This document shows positions 12,000 to 26,134 of a DNA stretch of 64,000 nt, in pieces; position 1 is the first letter of the stretch, and the number at the start of each line of letters is the position of its first letter. The notes beneath the pieces are model-generated. The model searched no databases and was not told where the DNA came from. It was given only the letters and a program-made list of their open reading frames with translations. The stretch comes from Octopus vulgaris (lineage: Eukaryota). The DNA is taken from NCBI GenBank assembly GCA_951406725.2, contig OX597823.1, forward strand, positions 111,228,001 to 111,292,000, read 5' to 3'. Made by a program: the position numbers and the translations under genes.

Positions 12000-12138
12000 A
12001 TATCAATTTAAACCAGTGGTCTAGTATGTTAAAAAAAACCCAAAGATTTAAAAATTATATTACAATTAATAAGAGGAATGATTACTAAAGTGGTAGCGTA
12101 TAGGAGTCCATTTTAGTGGTCATTCCTCTTATTAATTG

Positions 12139-12191
<53 letters not shown>

Positions 12192-12991
12192 ATGTTTTTT
12201 TGGTAGCTGACCAATAGTTAAAATACACTTGAAGTCAATTGTCATAGGAATTCAGGCCACTGTGGAATTCTGAGTTCAAATTCCGCCGAGGTCGACTTTG
12301 CCTTTCATCCTTTCGGGGTCAATTAAATAAGTACCAGTTACGCACTGGAGTCGATATAATTGGCTTAATCCGTTTGTCTGTCCTTGTTTGTCCTCTCTGT
12401 GTTTAGCCCCTTGTGGGTAATAAAGAAATATGTATTATATGTATATATATATAGAGAGAGAGAGATAGATATACATAATAATTTATGCATATACATATAT
12501 ACATGTATATAGGCATGTGTGTATATTTGTGTGTTTGTAAAATAAAAAATGATTAGGTGGGTGATAGAAGAATGAGATTCTACATGAAGTTCAAAACATA
12601 TATAAGTATTTATTAATCATTAACAGAAAAAAAAAATGTTGGCATAATGAGGAGGTCAGAGAAGAGTGATGTACATCTAGTGAGTCAGTTCATGTGTGTC
12701 CCTGTGTGATGAATGGGTTAGCAGTAATAGTGGAATATAGTAGTGATTGAAATCTGTATCCAAGGGAGTGGCGTGAATTCCTATGACAATTAACTTCAAG
12801 TGTATTTTAACCATTGGTCAGCTACCAAAAAAACATCCTATATATATATATTACAATTAATAAGAGGAATGACCACTAAGGTGGACTCCTATACGCTACC
12901 ACTTTAGTCGTCATTCCTCTTATTAATTGTAATATAATTTTTAAATCTTTGGATTTTTTTAATATCCCTAGACCACTGGTTTAAATTGATA
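12000..12991. repeat. Long inverted repeat pair (12000-12261 / 12767-12991), each arm with an internal hairpin and (TA)n
   Basis: Arms are reverse complements; each contains tacaattaataagaggaatga...tcattcctcttattaattgta. Confidence 0.9.
12268..12432 (+). mobile_element. SINE family B, 5'-truncated
   Basis: ttctgagttcaaattccgccgaggtcgactttgcctttcatcc...gccccttgtgggtaataaagaaata. Confidence 0.88.
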
Positions 12992-13034
12992 TTAATTGAT
13001 TGATATCAATTTCTACCCTCATTATTTTGATTTA

Positions 13035-13190
13035 TATATTCTACCAAATATATATGTTTTATTTACTATTTTGCACATTACTTAATCATCGTTATATGTT
13101 TTATCTTATATTTAATCTTTCTAAATGGTATAATTTAATTTTTCATTATTGAATTGATAAAAGGTAGTTTTTTTCTAATTTATATATATA
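13035..13190 (+). mobile_element. AT-rich repeat family H fragment
   Basis: Reverse complement of about 61210-61357; related pieces at 52376-52450 and 59930-60150. Confidence 0.7.
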
Positions 13191-13284
13191 TATATTTTTT
13201 TTCCAGGTGGTGCTATTAGGTTAGACATGGCCTGGGCCAACACTAGCCAAAACCTTTCTAAGTTATTCTAAGTTATACATATAC

Positions 13285-13348
<64 letters not shown>

Positions 13349-14469
13349 ATGTATGTATGTATGTATATATTTATATTCCCAATGATTTGTCTAAGAAAAC
13401 ATGCTAGAGACAAAATAGTTAATGACATTCCAATACCTTATAAGCCCTAATAATTTTTGTTAGCGTTTATAATGTATTGGGTCAGTTGTGTTTCAACAGT
13501 CAGCCCAGATACTATTTAAAATGAGTGCTTAATGCGTTTTTATCAGGGACCTTTGTGTTTGTGATCAAATCATGACAAGATCCCATTTTGGTGTTTACAA
13601 TTACCCTGACATCTTTGAGTACAGTTCCTGGACAATCAATTAGTGTTTGGGACACTGCAAACATTCCTGCTATGCACACATGCATGCATGCACACACACA
13701 CATATGCACATGCACACATAAACACATACGCACACATTTGTTATGAGGGACAAGTAACAAAAGCAGTATTAGTTCAAAATAGCATTCTGTGTATCATATT
13801 ACAAGTATGTACACAGTTGAATCCTAAAAAACTGTGGTATTCATCTCAACGAGAAACCAAATAAATAAAGCAAGGAATCCAAATTATTAATGTAATAATT
13901 GTTTACATCATAATGGAGAGAAACTCCATGTAATTGTAGAAAGGAAGGTTGGACAAAATGTAAATTCATGATAGACATGACATTAAGTATATGTGACATA
14001 TATGAAACAGATACATTAGGAATTGAAACCCTGTCATGGTCTCACAGTGTAGTAATATTACCTCTTGTTCTATAACTACTCATGACTAATACAATACATA
14101 ATTGACTAATTCTACAAATAACTAAATGACTTCCTCTTTATCAGCCTCTTTATCTGCCTGTCTCTCATCTTCCTTGTCTCTCTCTCTCTGTCTTTTCTCT
14201 CTGTCTCTCTCACCACTCTCTGCTTCTTTTTCTCTTTTTCATATACACTTGCACATACATACACATTGACATAGGCGGTCACACGCAGACACGTAAACAC
14301 ACATGTAAACACACACACACGTACACACACTCACACATACACACACTCATTCAGAGGCACACACACACGCAAATAAAAACAAAACCATGCAGAAAATAGA
14401 AATATTTTGGTAAGAGAATTTCTTGGAATAATCTAAAGATTTGTTTCTAAAATACTTTGTGCCAAATGT

Positions 14470-14722
14470 AGGTGGTAGGGTAGGAGTGGTTGTTGTTGTG
14501 GTAATGGTTGTGGCAGTGATGGATACAACAGCGGTGGTGGTGATTGTGGTGGTGATGGTAGTGGTGGTGGTGGTGATGGTGGTGGTGGTGGTCGTCGTCG
14601 TGGTGATGGTGGTGGTCGTGGTGGTAACAGAGGTGATGCTGATTGCGGTGAAGATGATGATGAAAAGAAAGTGATGGTGATGATGATGACTGCAAAAACA
14701 ATGATCACAGTTGTAGGTGTGA

Positions 14723-14756
<34 letters not shown>

Positions 14757-15108
14757 TGTAGTATTAAAGACGGTGATGTGATATTGATGATGGTATCGAT
14801 GAGGATGCTGATCAAGAGAATAATGATGATGATTATCATTATCATTTTTGTAAAACAATAGAGAAAGGAAAAGTGAGGAGAGAAAATGACTTAGCAAAGT
14901 AACATAGTGAAGGGGAATGAGAAAGAGGAGGAGGAGGAGAATGGGAAGGAAGAGGCGAAGGAGGAAGAGGCGAAGGAGGAAGAGGAGGAGGACGGGGAAA
15001 AGGTGAATAAAAACAGAACAGGAACAAGAAAGAATTAAAACAAAAGACAAAAAGTTAAAACAATCAAGAAAATACTACTACAACTACTACTATTACTGCT
15101 GCTGCTGC

Positions 15109-15161
<53 letters not shown>

Positions 15162-15220
15162 TTGATGACGATGATGATGATGATGCTGCTGATGATGATG
15201 AGATCAGCAACAACAACAAT
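14470..15220. repeat. Compound trinucleotide low-complexity tract (GGT, GAT, TAG, GGA, AAT)
   Basis: Direct inspection. Confidence 0.9.
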
Positions 15221-15468
15221 ATGGATAAAAAAATAGTTAAAAATAAAATTAAGCCATATTGTAAAATCAAAAATAAAGCAGATATAATAAACAAAACAAA
15301 AAAAAACCATTCCTCTTTATATCTCTAAGACTTTGATTCCTGTTGGTAGTCAAATTACAGTCACACACATATACACACATACACATACATACATATATAT
15401 GTGCAAGTATTATATTTATGTATACATATATATATTTATATATATGTATTTATACACATGAATTTATA

Positions 15469-15517
<49 letters not shown>

Positions 15518-15539
15518 GTATATATACATGTATATATAC

Positions 15540-15605
<66 letters not shown>

Positions 15606-16509
15606 ATGTATATATATATATATATGTGTGTGTGTAAGGGTGTCTATATGCATGTAGCTATGTGTAATATTTACTGATCAGAAAAATGTGAAATAATAAA
15701 TCTGAATATATTATCTTGGATTGACAAGCACCGGATATTTTGGAGGATTTTGATCTGGAGGAAGATTTTTGTCGTTTATCAAATCATATTTCATTTATGT
15801 GTTTAGAGAAGCATTTTCAAAGAATAGTTTGTTGTACTGCTAGATGAGCAAGGGAGGGGGTGAGGAGAGGATGCGTCGATGATGGGTGGAAGGTTTATTT
15901 TGTTTTCCTTTGTATTTAGTGAGTAGTTGTGGTGGCGGCACCGGCGGTGGTGGTAGTGGTGGTGGTGGAAAAAAAATATTGTAGAAAAATAACTAAAAAA
16001 ACTATAGCTAAATTCTAACTAATATTTTAAACATGTAACATTCAGGATTCTTATAAAAGATGAGCATATGGAAAAAATATATAATGTAAAATAAAATAAG
16101 ATAAAACAAAATATAATATGGAATAGAACAGAGGAAGTAGAAATGCGTAAGAGAACAAAGCTTAAAACTATAGCATTTATATCGTAGTATATTATATTTG
16201 TAATATATTATATTTATATTTCTAATATATTATATTTGCATTGTATTGTATTTAGATTACATTTTGTTTCACTGACAGTCTTCAATCTTCTGTTTGTTTG
16301 TATAAGATGTTTGGGTTATGCACATGTATGTGTGTGTTACACATGTGTATTTATGCAAGTGTGCATGTGTGCACGTATGGGTATATACATGCATGCATAT
16401 GTGTATGTATGTGTGTATGTGTGTGCATGTGTGCATACTTGTATAGATAAGACGAACTTCACTAGGGAAGATTTTTCCAGGGCTGTGTGTCCTTCTTCTT
16501 ATGTAAAGT

Positions 16510-16763
16510 AAAAGTAAAGTTATGTTCTTGAGTCTTACTGACTCATAAGGGCCGGTTTCCCAGTTTCATGGCATATATATTCCCTAGCTGGATGGACACC
16601 GGTCTATCATGGGACTACTCATTTTTATCAGCTCAGTGGACTGGAGCAATATGAGATGAAGCGTTTTGCTCAAAAATATAACACATCGCCCAGTCCAGAA
16701 ATCGAAACCACAATCTTATGAACATGAGTCCAACACCCAAACCACTAATCCATGTGCCTCCAC
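16510..16763 (-). mobile_element. tRNA-derived SINE with D-like core and C-like tail
   Basis: Minus strand: gtggaggcacatggattagtgg...ttgagcaaaacgcttcatctcatattgctccagtccactgagctg...gaaactgggaaaccggcccttatgag. Confidence 0.75.
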
Positions 16764-16904
16764 TTCTTGTTATGTACTAAGACATATTTCTCCAAGAGCC
16801 AAATATGAATCTGTAGATGATTGCAAATGATTGACACTTCTTTTATGATAGTGACATTTGTTTACAACCAGCACACAATCTCACAACAAGACGACATGAA
16901 CACA

Positions 16905-16937
<33 letters not shown>

Positions 16938-17045
16938 CATGCATTTATGTTTGTGTTTGTGTATGGGCATGTGTTTGTGTGTGTACAATGAGCTTCATTC
17001 ATTTTCTCTCACCCAAAACTCTCAAAAAGCTTTGGTCAACCTAGA

Positions 17046-17335
17046 GCAGGCCTGGCCAAGTTGAATTACATTGCAAGCTGCTTTAGACACAGACAGTTTT
17101 TTGAGGGCCACTTGTATAATTTATGCATTAATAGTTGAATAATCAAATTACAGATACAAGAATTTTTCATACTTTTCATTTGTTTAAAATTAACAAATTG
17201 TAGGCTATTGCTTTATTGCCACTTATACATTTTTTATTTATTTTGAAACAAATTCTTTACACAAACAGTTTTATTTTGCAATCAAACACAATACTTCAAG
17301 AAAGTATCAAGTGGGCTGCAAAATAAAAGTCTGCA
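17046..17335 (+). mobile_element. Possible hAT/Charlie-like MITE fragment
   Basis: cctagag|CAGGCCTGGCCAA start with gggccac/gggctgc subterminal motifs; right end not found. Confidence 0.35.
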
Positions 17336-19005
17336 GAGGCAATGACTAGTGACCGAAACCTTTAGCAATGTGCTCTGCTTAAGAGGACCAGTCAAGTGCA
17401 CCTGTGCAGGTGGCACGTAAGAAAATCAATCTTTGAATGATGAGCATCATGGAGGCATAGTGGCTGAGTCCTTTTTGAACATTGGGTCCGCATAGAGGCG
17501 AGGTGGCTGAGTTCCTTTTAAGTGTTCGGCCTCACAGAGGCACTGACCAAGACCTTTGACATTATGTCATGCTTCAGAAGAAGCCCCATCAAGCCAAACA
17601 AAATCACAGTCGTTTGAAGATGTATTTGTAAATATTCATTTGTAAATTTGTCTATTTTGAAACATAAAATCTAATGAAATGTACATACACACATATGCAT
17701 ACATACACATAGGTGCACAAACATACATCCATTGCATGACAAATAACCACTGTTTATAACTTCATGCTTATTGACATTTGTGTTATTTTTCTTGTATCAT
17801 TTAATATGAATCTAGGGTTTTCATATGTCAAAGGACATGAAGAAAATAATACAAAACACAAGGGATTATTTATAAGATATTTAGTTACATCAACCTATGC
17901 ACATTTCATTAACTAAAAAATATTATTAAGGACATGATGTTAATTACATTAAATCATATTGTAAATCTTCAGGGATGTACAACCTGTCTCTATAATAGAT
18001 GATCTCCCTCTATGACGGTTACTTCTGCCAAAAATTCAGCAATCCATTGATATTACATATGAAATTCACAAATCTCTGAAGACTTGATTTTGTAATTTAC
18101 ATAACAAATGATCACATTTTTGTTAATGAAATATACGTAAGATGACATAACTAAATGTCTTATAAACAATCTCCAATGTTCTGTTTAATTCTCTCTCTCT
18201 CTGTATATGTAGATAGATAAATAGATAAAGATTGAGAGTGAGAGATAGAGAGGTAGATAGTTAAGAGAGAGAGAGAGAGATGTTATTCAGGAGTAGATTA
18301 TGCTATTAAGTGAACAACTGATTCCTCATTATAGAACAGATGAAATTCATAACCACATTCAGCACATAGTAGAATTGTTTTCTTATGAGATATGTGTAAA
18401 TTTCAAAATATGCATGCACATATACACATATATACATGTTGATAGTAGCACAGGCAACTGGAACATCATTTGCTTGGGGCTCCATGTTATGTGTTAAAAT
18501 AAATTCAAGAACCTGAAAACAAATAAAATAAACACTTTATTCTTACATTTCTAGGTTTTAGTCCATGTGAGAATTTTTTGAAACTGAGCTAGATTTCTAC
18601 TTGAGTGTTGTACAAAATGCTAGGCCCATCCCTGATTTATGCATATATGAAGAAATATTTATATACATATATAAATACACATAAATGTATATATGTAGTA
18701 ATATATTATATATGTGTGTGTGTCTGTGTGTATGTATATATATAGAGAGAGAGACAGAGACAGAGATCTATATATGTGCGTATGGGTATAGAGCATGTAT
18801 GGTGTTTGTGTATGTAGGTATATGTGCACATGTATATGTGTGTATGCATATGTATGAGTACGTAATTATGTGTGTGTGTCTCTCTCTCTCTATATATATA
18901 TATATGTATATATATACATATTTATGTATGCATGTGAGAATATCTGTGTGTGTGCAAATGCAGAAATATAGATAACTAGGCATATGATGATGTAGATAAG
19001 TAGAC

Positions 19006-19150
<145 letters not shown>

Positions 19151-19706
19151 CAACAGTAATAAAGGCACAATGACAGATAGATGGCTGGCAAACTAGAGGG
19201 AGAGAAAGAGAGAGAGAGATAAGATAGTTTTCTTGAATTGTTATTTGCAAGATAACTGCTAAATAACTGATAAATGTGTGTGTGTATGTATATATATATG
19301 TATGTATCCATATATATATATATATATATATACAATGACAGAAGTCACTTTGATCTGCGAAACTAGAGGTGCAGCCAATGGTTAGTATCAGAGGTAAAGA
19401 AAATCCAAGGTAGAGGTAAGTGTTGATAGTGGTATTGGTAGAATATAGGATGAAAGTATCTTTCTGTTGAAAGCTGCTAAACGTTAAAGACTGATTTAAT
19501 ATTTCCTGAGCGCCATGTAATACAATTGTTCGTTTGTTTTCCATATATTCGTATTTTGTCTATTTTCATAAAGCTATATATATATATATATATATATATA
19601 TGCATATATATATATATATTTGTGAGTGTGTGTGCATATATGTATGTATATGTATCTATTTATGTATATACCTGTATATGTATGTGTCTATCAATCAATA
19701 GGTAGC

Positions 19707-19895
<189 letters not shown>

Positions 19896-20701
19896 TGATA
19901 AACAGATAGAAATATAGATTGATTTTGATAGGTGAATTGAATCATAGTTAGATAGTTAAAGGGATTGTGAGATCATCTGAGAAGTATGCCGATTTAAGAA
20001 ATCATTTTACAAATACACATATAGTTACCATTGATTCATTTATCCTTGTCACATGTTCTAGAAGCATCCAATCACTTAAAGCTATCACAATCAACTTATA
20101 CTGCAGCCCAACAAACCCCTCAAAATAGCTTAATATTCTTTCAGTATAAATATCTATTATCCGTTACACTCACGTTTTAGTTTGTATACATTCTTATGCA
20201 GGAAAGAAAGATAAATGCTTGTGTCCGTGTATGTTTGTATGTCTGTGTTTCTGCAGGTTTTTGCATATGCACATATGAATATATATATATATGTATATAT
20301 ATATATTTATGTAAGTATATATATATTTGTGTGTGTGTATATACTATATATATATGTGTGTGTGTGTGTGTGCACATAAGTGTGTGTATATATATATATT
20401 TGTTTTTATATAAATATATACATACATGTTTATACGCATATATTATACATATATATGTATTTGTGCATAAATGTACATATATATGTATATATATATATAT
20501 ATTCAAACTTACATATACACACTCACACACACACAATCTCATACACACACATGTACATTTTGTAACTATATTTCTCTTTCTGCTTATAATCTCAATTTTT
20601 TTTTTCTTTTTGCCTTTGTTTTGGAAGGTGGGGTAGCTTTAGTTTTTTTTTATTTTTTCCAGATCTGAAATATACATGCATACACATATATATATACACA
20701 T

Positions 20702-20765
<64 letters not shown>

Positions 20766-21270
20766 CACTTCAGCTGAAAAATATAAATAAAAAGACCAAA
20801 TCTGCGAAATTATCTTTAAGGAAGCAATTCTTTACTTTATTAACAACAGAAAAGGTAGAATTAATTCTATATTTGATTTACATAGATATTTTGCTCGTTT
20901 GTATTTTTTTCATATTTTCCCTTTTTTCTTTTGTATTTTTGTGTGTTTCTTCTTCATTATTGCACTTCATTTTCTTCTTTTTATTTCATCTTTCTTAAGT
21001 AGATTATACCGTATTCCAGTGAAGATTTTGCAAAATATTCTGAGATTCCTTAAGGTCATTTATTCCTAAAACTTACAATCTGCAACAGCTTTATATTATT
21101 TTATTTTATTTTATTTTATTTTATTCTATTTTATTAAATTTATTTATCATTGTTATTATTATTTGGATGAAACCGTAAAAATAATAAAATTAAAATAAAA
21201 CTAAGGATAGAAAAAATGAGAACAACAATGTTAATATAATAATGATGATGATGATGATGATTATCATAAT

Positions 21271-21335
<65 letters not shown>

Positions 21336-22242
21336 CAACAACAATTTATCAGTTATAATGTTAACAGCAACAATATATGAATAAAATTAATAGTTAAAAT
21401 AAAAATAAATATAAAACATAGAATACAAGAAATCGAAGTTTTAGGATTAAATCTCTGAGATGAAAATATGAAACCTTTAGTAATAAAAGAAGAAAATAAA
21501 TATAATAAATATATAAATAAATATATAAAGAAAAGAAAATGAAAGAAATCAAAATCTATAAAAGTTTGTTTCTCTGACGTAAGAAGACAGATCCAATATT
21601 TCAGCTGAAGCCTTTCATCATAGAATCTTCTAGAAATGTTGCTAATACATGTTTCATTTCCGTTTGGTACACTAATATTTTTCCATACTTGTTACTTATT
21701 GATTTTACACTTGCTAATACTGACCACAAATATAATTCTTGGGTTTTTATGAGTTCAGTATGAAATATCATACATTAACTTACTATTTTGTTCATCACAA
21801 TTTCAGCTAAAGTTTTTTTTTTTTCTCTTTGGTTTGTTTTGCTGAAGAGGTAAAAATAAGTCCAAAACATGACTTGAGTTGTTTCCTCTTATTGGCGAAA
21901 ATACGAAAATAATCTCATTTATTAATTATTAAAGTTTTGTACATTAAAGATGTTATGATGTTAATATCAACTTGCTTGTGGGCTACCTTCCAATATGCCT
22001 AAGGAACCATCGACTTACCCATCTATCTACCTGTCTGTCTGTCTTCTGATTTATGTATGTACTTATCTGTCTGTCTTTCCAGCTATCTACCTGTCTATTT
22101 ACCTATCTATACATTTTTCTAAATACGTATCTGTCTAGTTACATGCCTATCTATCTATGAGTCTACTTATTTACCTATATATCTAACTATTTTTCTACCT
22201 ACCTACCTACCTACCTAACTATGTGCCTACCTACCTACCTAC

Positions 22243-22740
22243 ATGGTGGCTGCCCCCTCGTTATCGAGCATGGCCATTGCGCGAAGCTTAATGTTGTTAT
22301 CATGCAATGCCTGTGCAAGAAGATTTTTTTTTAAAGTGAGGAAAGGCTGTGCACTGAGTCAATCCCACTCACTAAGCAACAGCAGCCATAATCCGAAAAG
22401 AAGAACAAGTCAACATCATCGGTAACCACTGAGCCGCAGGTTTTATGTCGGAGTTATCCCAGTTTCCTGAGTTACCTTCTAGAAGGATGCCCTAACAAAG
22501 GCTAGGAGTCTTTCACTCCCAATGGTTTAACCGCGCGATCGGGTATTCAGTCCGATTATTTCTATGTCCCTACGCATGATACAGCCTTAAGGCATTTATT
22601 GGATGGCCGTTGACTCTCAAGAGTTCCTCCACCCTTTGGCGGGTTTTGTTTTTCATCCCGCAGGGTGTCCAATAAACACCCTCCTCACCAAGTAAGCTTG
22701 GTGGGATTACCGGTTTAGTCGCCAACGACCCAACCATGCA
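22243..22740 (-). mobile_element. About 500 bp GC/CpG-rich non-autonomous retroposon-like element (possibly RTE-derived) within a (CCTA)n microsatellite
   Basis: Sharp compositional boundaries, (ctac)n on both flanks, stacked hairpins at 22639-22735; strand and RTE link are inferred. Confidence 0.55.
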
Positions 22741-23282
22741 ACCTACCTACCTACATATATACATACATATCTACTTACCTATCTACCTAGACCAACCTAC
22801 CAACCTATATCATAACATTATTATTTCCAGCTAAATTTTTAATGTTCCCTATGTCTTCCCTGTATCTTACCAATTGTTTCTATATGCATAAGGCATGTCT
22901 GAAATATTTCTAAACAATTTCCTTTTCCTATATCAATAAATCCTTCAGGTTCATTCATCACGGCTTTAGTAGGTATGTTCAGTAATATTTTTCATATAAG
23001 ATGTTAGAATAAGTTAGAAATATGTCTAAAGTTGTCTCCCATTCTGGACAGAAAAACCGAGGGTTATATTAACCCTTGACTGATATAAACCTTGCTAGAT
23101 TTTTAGTTAGGTTTTGAATTTTTCATGTATAAAATATGCTAACACCCATTTTTACTAAATTTCAAAGATGAACGTACCTGGAACATCAATGAGTTTCTGA
23201 TAGCCAAGGGAGGGATTTCACCTGGCACTTCACTCCATTGTGATAGATTTTAAATAAAGTGATCACTTGTATGGTTGCAGTT

Positions 23283-23524
23283 AAATACCTATTTCTTTAC
23301 TACCCACAAGGGGCTAAACACAGAGAGGAAAAACAAGAACAGACAAACGGATTAAGTCGATCGTACCAACCCCAGTGCATAACTGGTACTTATTTAATCG
23401 ACCCTGAAAGGATGAAAGGTAAAGTCGACCTCAGAGGAATTTGAACTCAGAATGTAGCGGCAGACGAAATACCGCTAAGCATTTCTTCCGGTGTGCTGCT
23501 AACGACTCTGCCAGTTCACTGCCT
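23283..23524 (-). mobile_element. SINE family B, full length
   Basis: Reverse complement of family B. Confidence 0.88.
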
Positions 23525-23689
23525 TTTGCTGTTAAATACCATTGAATAATGTATTATGGCTCAGTTCTCATTATAAAATGGGCAAATATACTTTAAGCGT
23601 TTAGTCTAACGTTATGTGTTGGAAAGACTTGCACATGGTTTAACTTTTCTCCACCAACCAATACCAACAATATATTGATCTAAAATTTT

Positions 23690-23886
23690 GGTAAAAGGCC
23701 AGCAATTTCAGGTGAGGCTATAAGTCATTCATGTCAACCACAGTGCTCAGGTGGTACTTATTTTATCGACCATGAAAAGATGACAGGTAAAGTCAACCTT
23801 GGATGCATTTGAACTCAGAATGTTAAGACAGATGAAATGCCGTTAATCCTTTTTCCCAGCATGCTAATAATTCTGCCAGCTCCCTG
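23690..23886 (-). mobile_element. SINE family B variant (older, aaattgctggcc tail)
   Basis: gtacttattttatcgaccatgaaaagatgacaggtaaagtcaacc...gaactcagaatg. Confidence 0.75.
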
Positions 23887-24104
23887 CATAACAATGCTAA
23901 CTCAATTTAGAAAGCTAAAAAAAATTCAAATTTTACAGTGTTCTAGCACCTTATGGCGGTAAAATGCACCAGCCTGTGGTACCTGTTTACACCTAGGTGG
24001 TTTGAGACAGTGAGAATTAAGTGCATAAGACAAGATTACAGTGTAGTGATCGTGGTTTAATACAACATAACAATTCCTTCTTCATTTTAGCTAATGAAGG
24101 AGAT

Positions 24105-24300
24105 TATACAAGGCTGTTTGAACTGATAGAAGTAGTAGAAATTCCCATCAAATCTCATCCTAAAGTTTTAAATAAATGAAGGATATGTTAGATAAAATAG
24201 TTAATAGTCGTACATGGTATTAAAGCGAAGAGGTGATCATGGCTGGAATGCTTTTGGTCATTTGTATATTCAATCAGAATTGGTATGGTACCAAACAATT
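24105..24300 (+). repeat. Old dispersed repeat (ctagaaatarcagcc...gtcatggctggaatgctttt)
   Basis: Similar degenerate copies near 25560-25680, 43285-43440 and 62350-62500. Confidence 0.5.
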
Positions 24301-24801
24301 ACAACATCAACAAGAGTGAGTCATATTCCTTCAGCTAACACTTCGATGAGATATTTTGTAATGACTACAAAAAATATGCTCCATTTTATTTTTATCTTTT
24401 GTTTTACACATTGTTTGCAACTATGTATACACTGGTGTATTCATAGCTTCTTTATTAGGAATGCTTGACAGCCATATAATAAAATGTTCCAGTAAGGCAG
24501 CAAAATACATATTTTGGACATCTATCAATATTTTGTAATTACAGGTAAGTCTTGGTTTCAATGACGAGGCCATAATAATACAAGAACATGTCCAGGGTTG
24601 TCTCCCTCTAATAGTCAAACTATTTCAAACAATTTGATTTAATATTACTTATTTCAAATTTATAACTATTTTTCGTTAGTATTTTAGTGTTCCTTATAGT
24701 TGATCTGTTAACAATATCTTGATTAAAGATATATATACACATTAAAGATATATAAAGATTAAAGATATATATATAAAGATATATATATAAAGATATATAT
24801 A

Positions 24802-25350
24802 CACTGAGTGCAGTAAATTATGCAAAATGAAAATAACACAGACATTTCGTTTTAGCAGATATATTTACTAAAATTACATGAAAATATCTTGAAATACTAA
24901 AGAGGAATTTATTTAATAAAATCGCCATTGTCTTCAACAGCAGCCTCCAGATGAATTCATAATCTCTTGCAACTCTTCTGGACAGTCTCCTTGTTTAAGT
25001 TGGTGAATGCTGCCATAATCCTTGCCTTCAGTTCATCTTTGGAGTTACAAATAGTTTTGTTGGTTTCTCACTCAACTGCACCCCACACAATAATTAAGGA
25101 GATTGCAGTCTGAGGGGTTGGGTAGCTAGGTGTTATGGATGATGTGGTTGCAGAAATTGTCTGACAGTCATGATTGGTTTCTCCTGCTTGTGTGGCATGG
25201 TGCAGAGTCCTGTTGCCAGACATAGTATCTTCCAGCAGCCACCCTCTCGACCCAGGGCAGCACTCCCTCCTCCAGGCAATATCTGAATGAACCGATATAC
25301 ATCAGATGTGATTATACCTGTGACACAACCAAATTGAAACATCAATTGTC
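24802..25350 (-). pseudogene. Second DD37D/maT transposase 3' fragment
   Basis: Minus strand CLEEGVLPWVERVAAGRYYVWQQDSAPCHTSRRNQS*LSDNFCNH...; homologous to 11131-11553. Confidence 0.82.
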
Positions 25351-26134
25351 CAATTTTCAAATATATATCTACTTCAGTGCAGCTTTTATAATCAAGAAAT
25401 ATATCATAGCAAAAGTTGAAATATATAGTCTTGCACAATTTGACTCATTTCTTCTTTTACTAATACTAGTCAATTGTTTAGCTATTTTGAAACTCAAGGT
25501 GGTTTGAATTAGCACTATTAAGTTTCCATATTAAGTAATGAAGGGACCTTTATGAAGATATGAGACATGCTAGAAATATCAGCCTAATAACAATCTGATA
25601 AATGTCCTGTCATCTTTGAAAATATGGACACTTAGCATTCACCTATACACACAGGGACTGTAAAAAAGACAAGATATAGCAAACATTTATTAATATTCTT
25701 CCTTGAGTTCATGAACAGGAGGGAAGATATTTAAATTTCAGTTTGTATGTACAATCATTAGTAACATCAGAAAGACAAATTTGATGATGCTGTGTAATCC
25801 CCAATGTACCGAAATACTGGTGCCCTAATTTCAATCGAATTATCCTAAAACTCTTTCTTTATATCACTCAACATTTGCATAGAGTATTCTACTGCATGTT
25901 GAAGACCCCATAGTAATAGAAATGGTACCAATTGTGATAAAAATGTATTAAAGCTATCCTTATTTTTAAGAGGTATTTCCTTTCTTAATATTCTTTGATC
26001 TCAAAGACAGCTGCCGGAGTTCTTGTTACAATACAAAACACCACTATATTTGCTATGTTATCTGTTTTTGTCTTGCTGTCTGGCGCTTTATTTTATTTTT
26101 CATGAATCCTTAACTGACAACAATGGAAAAGAAA

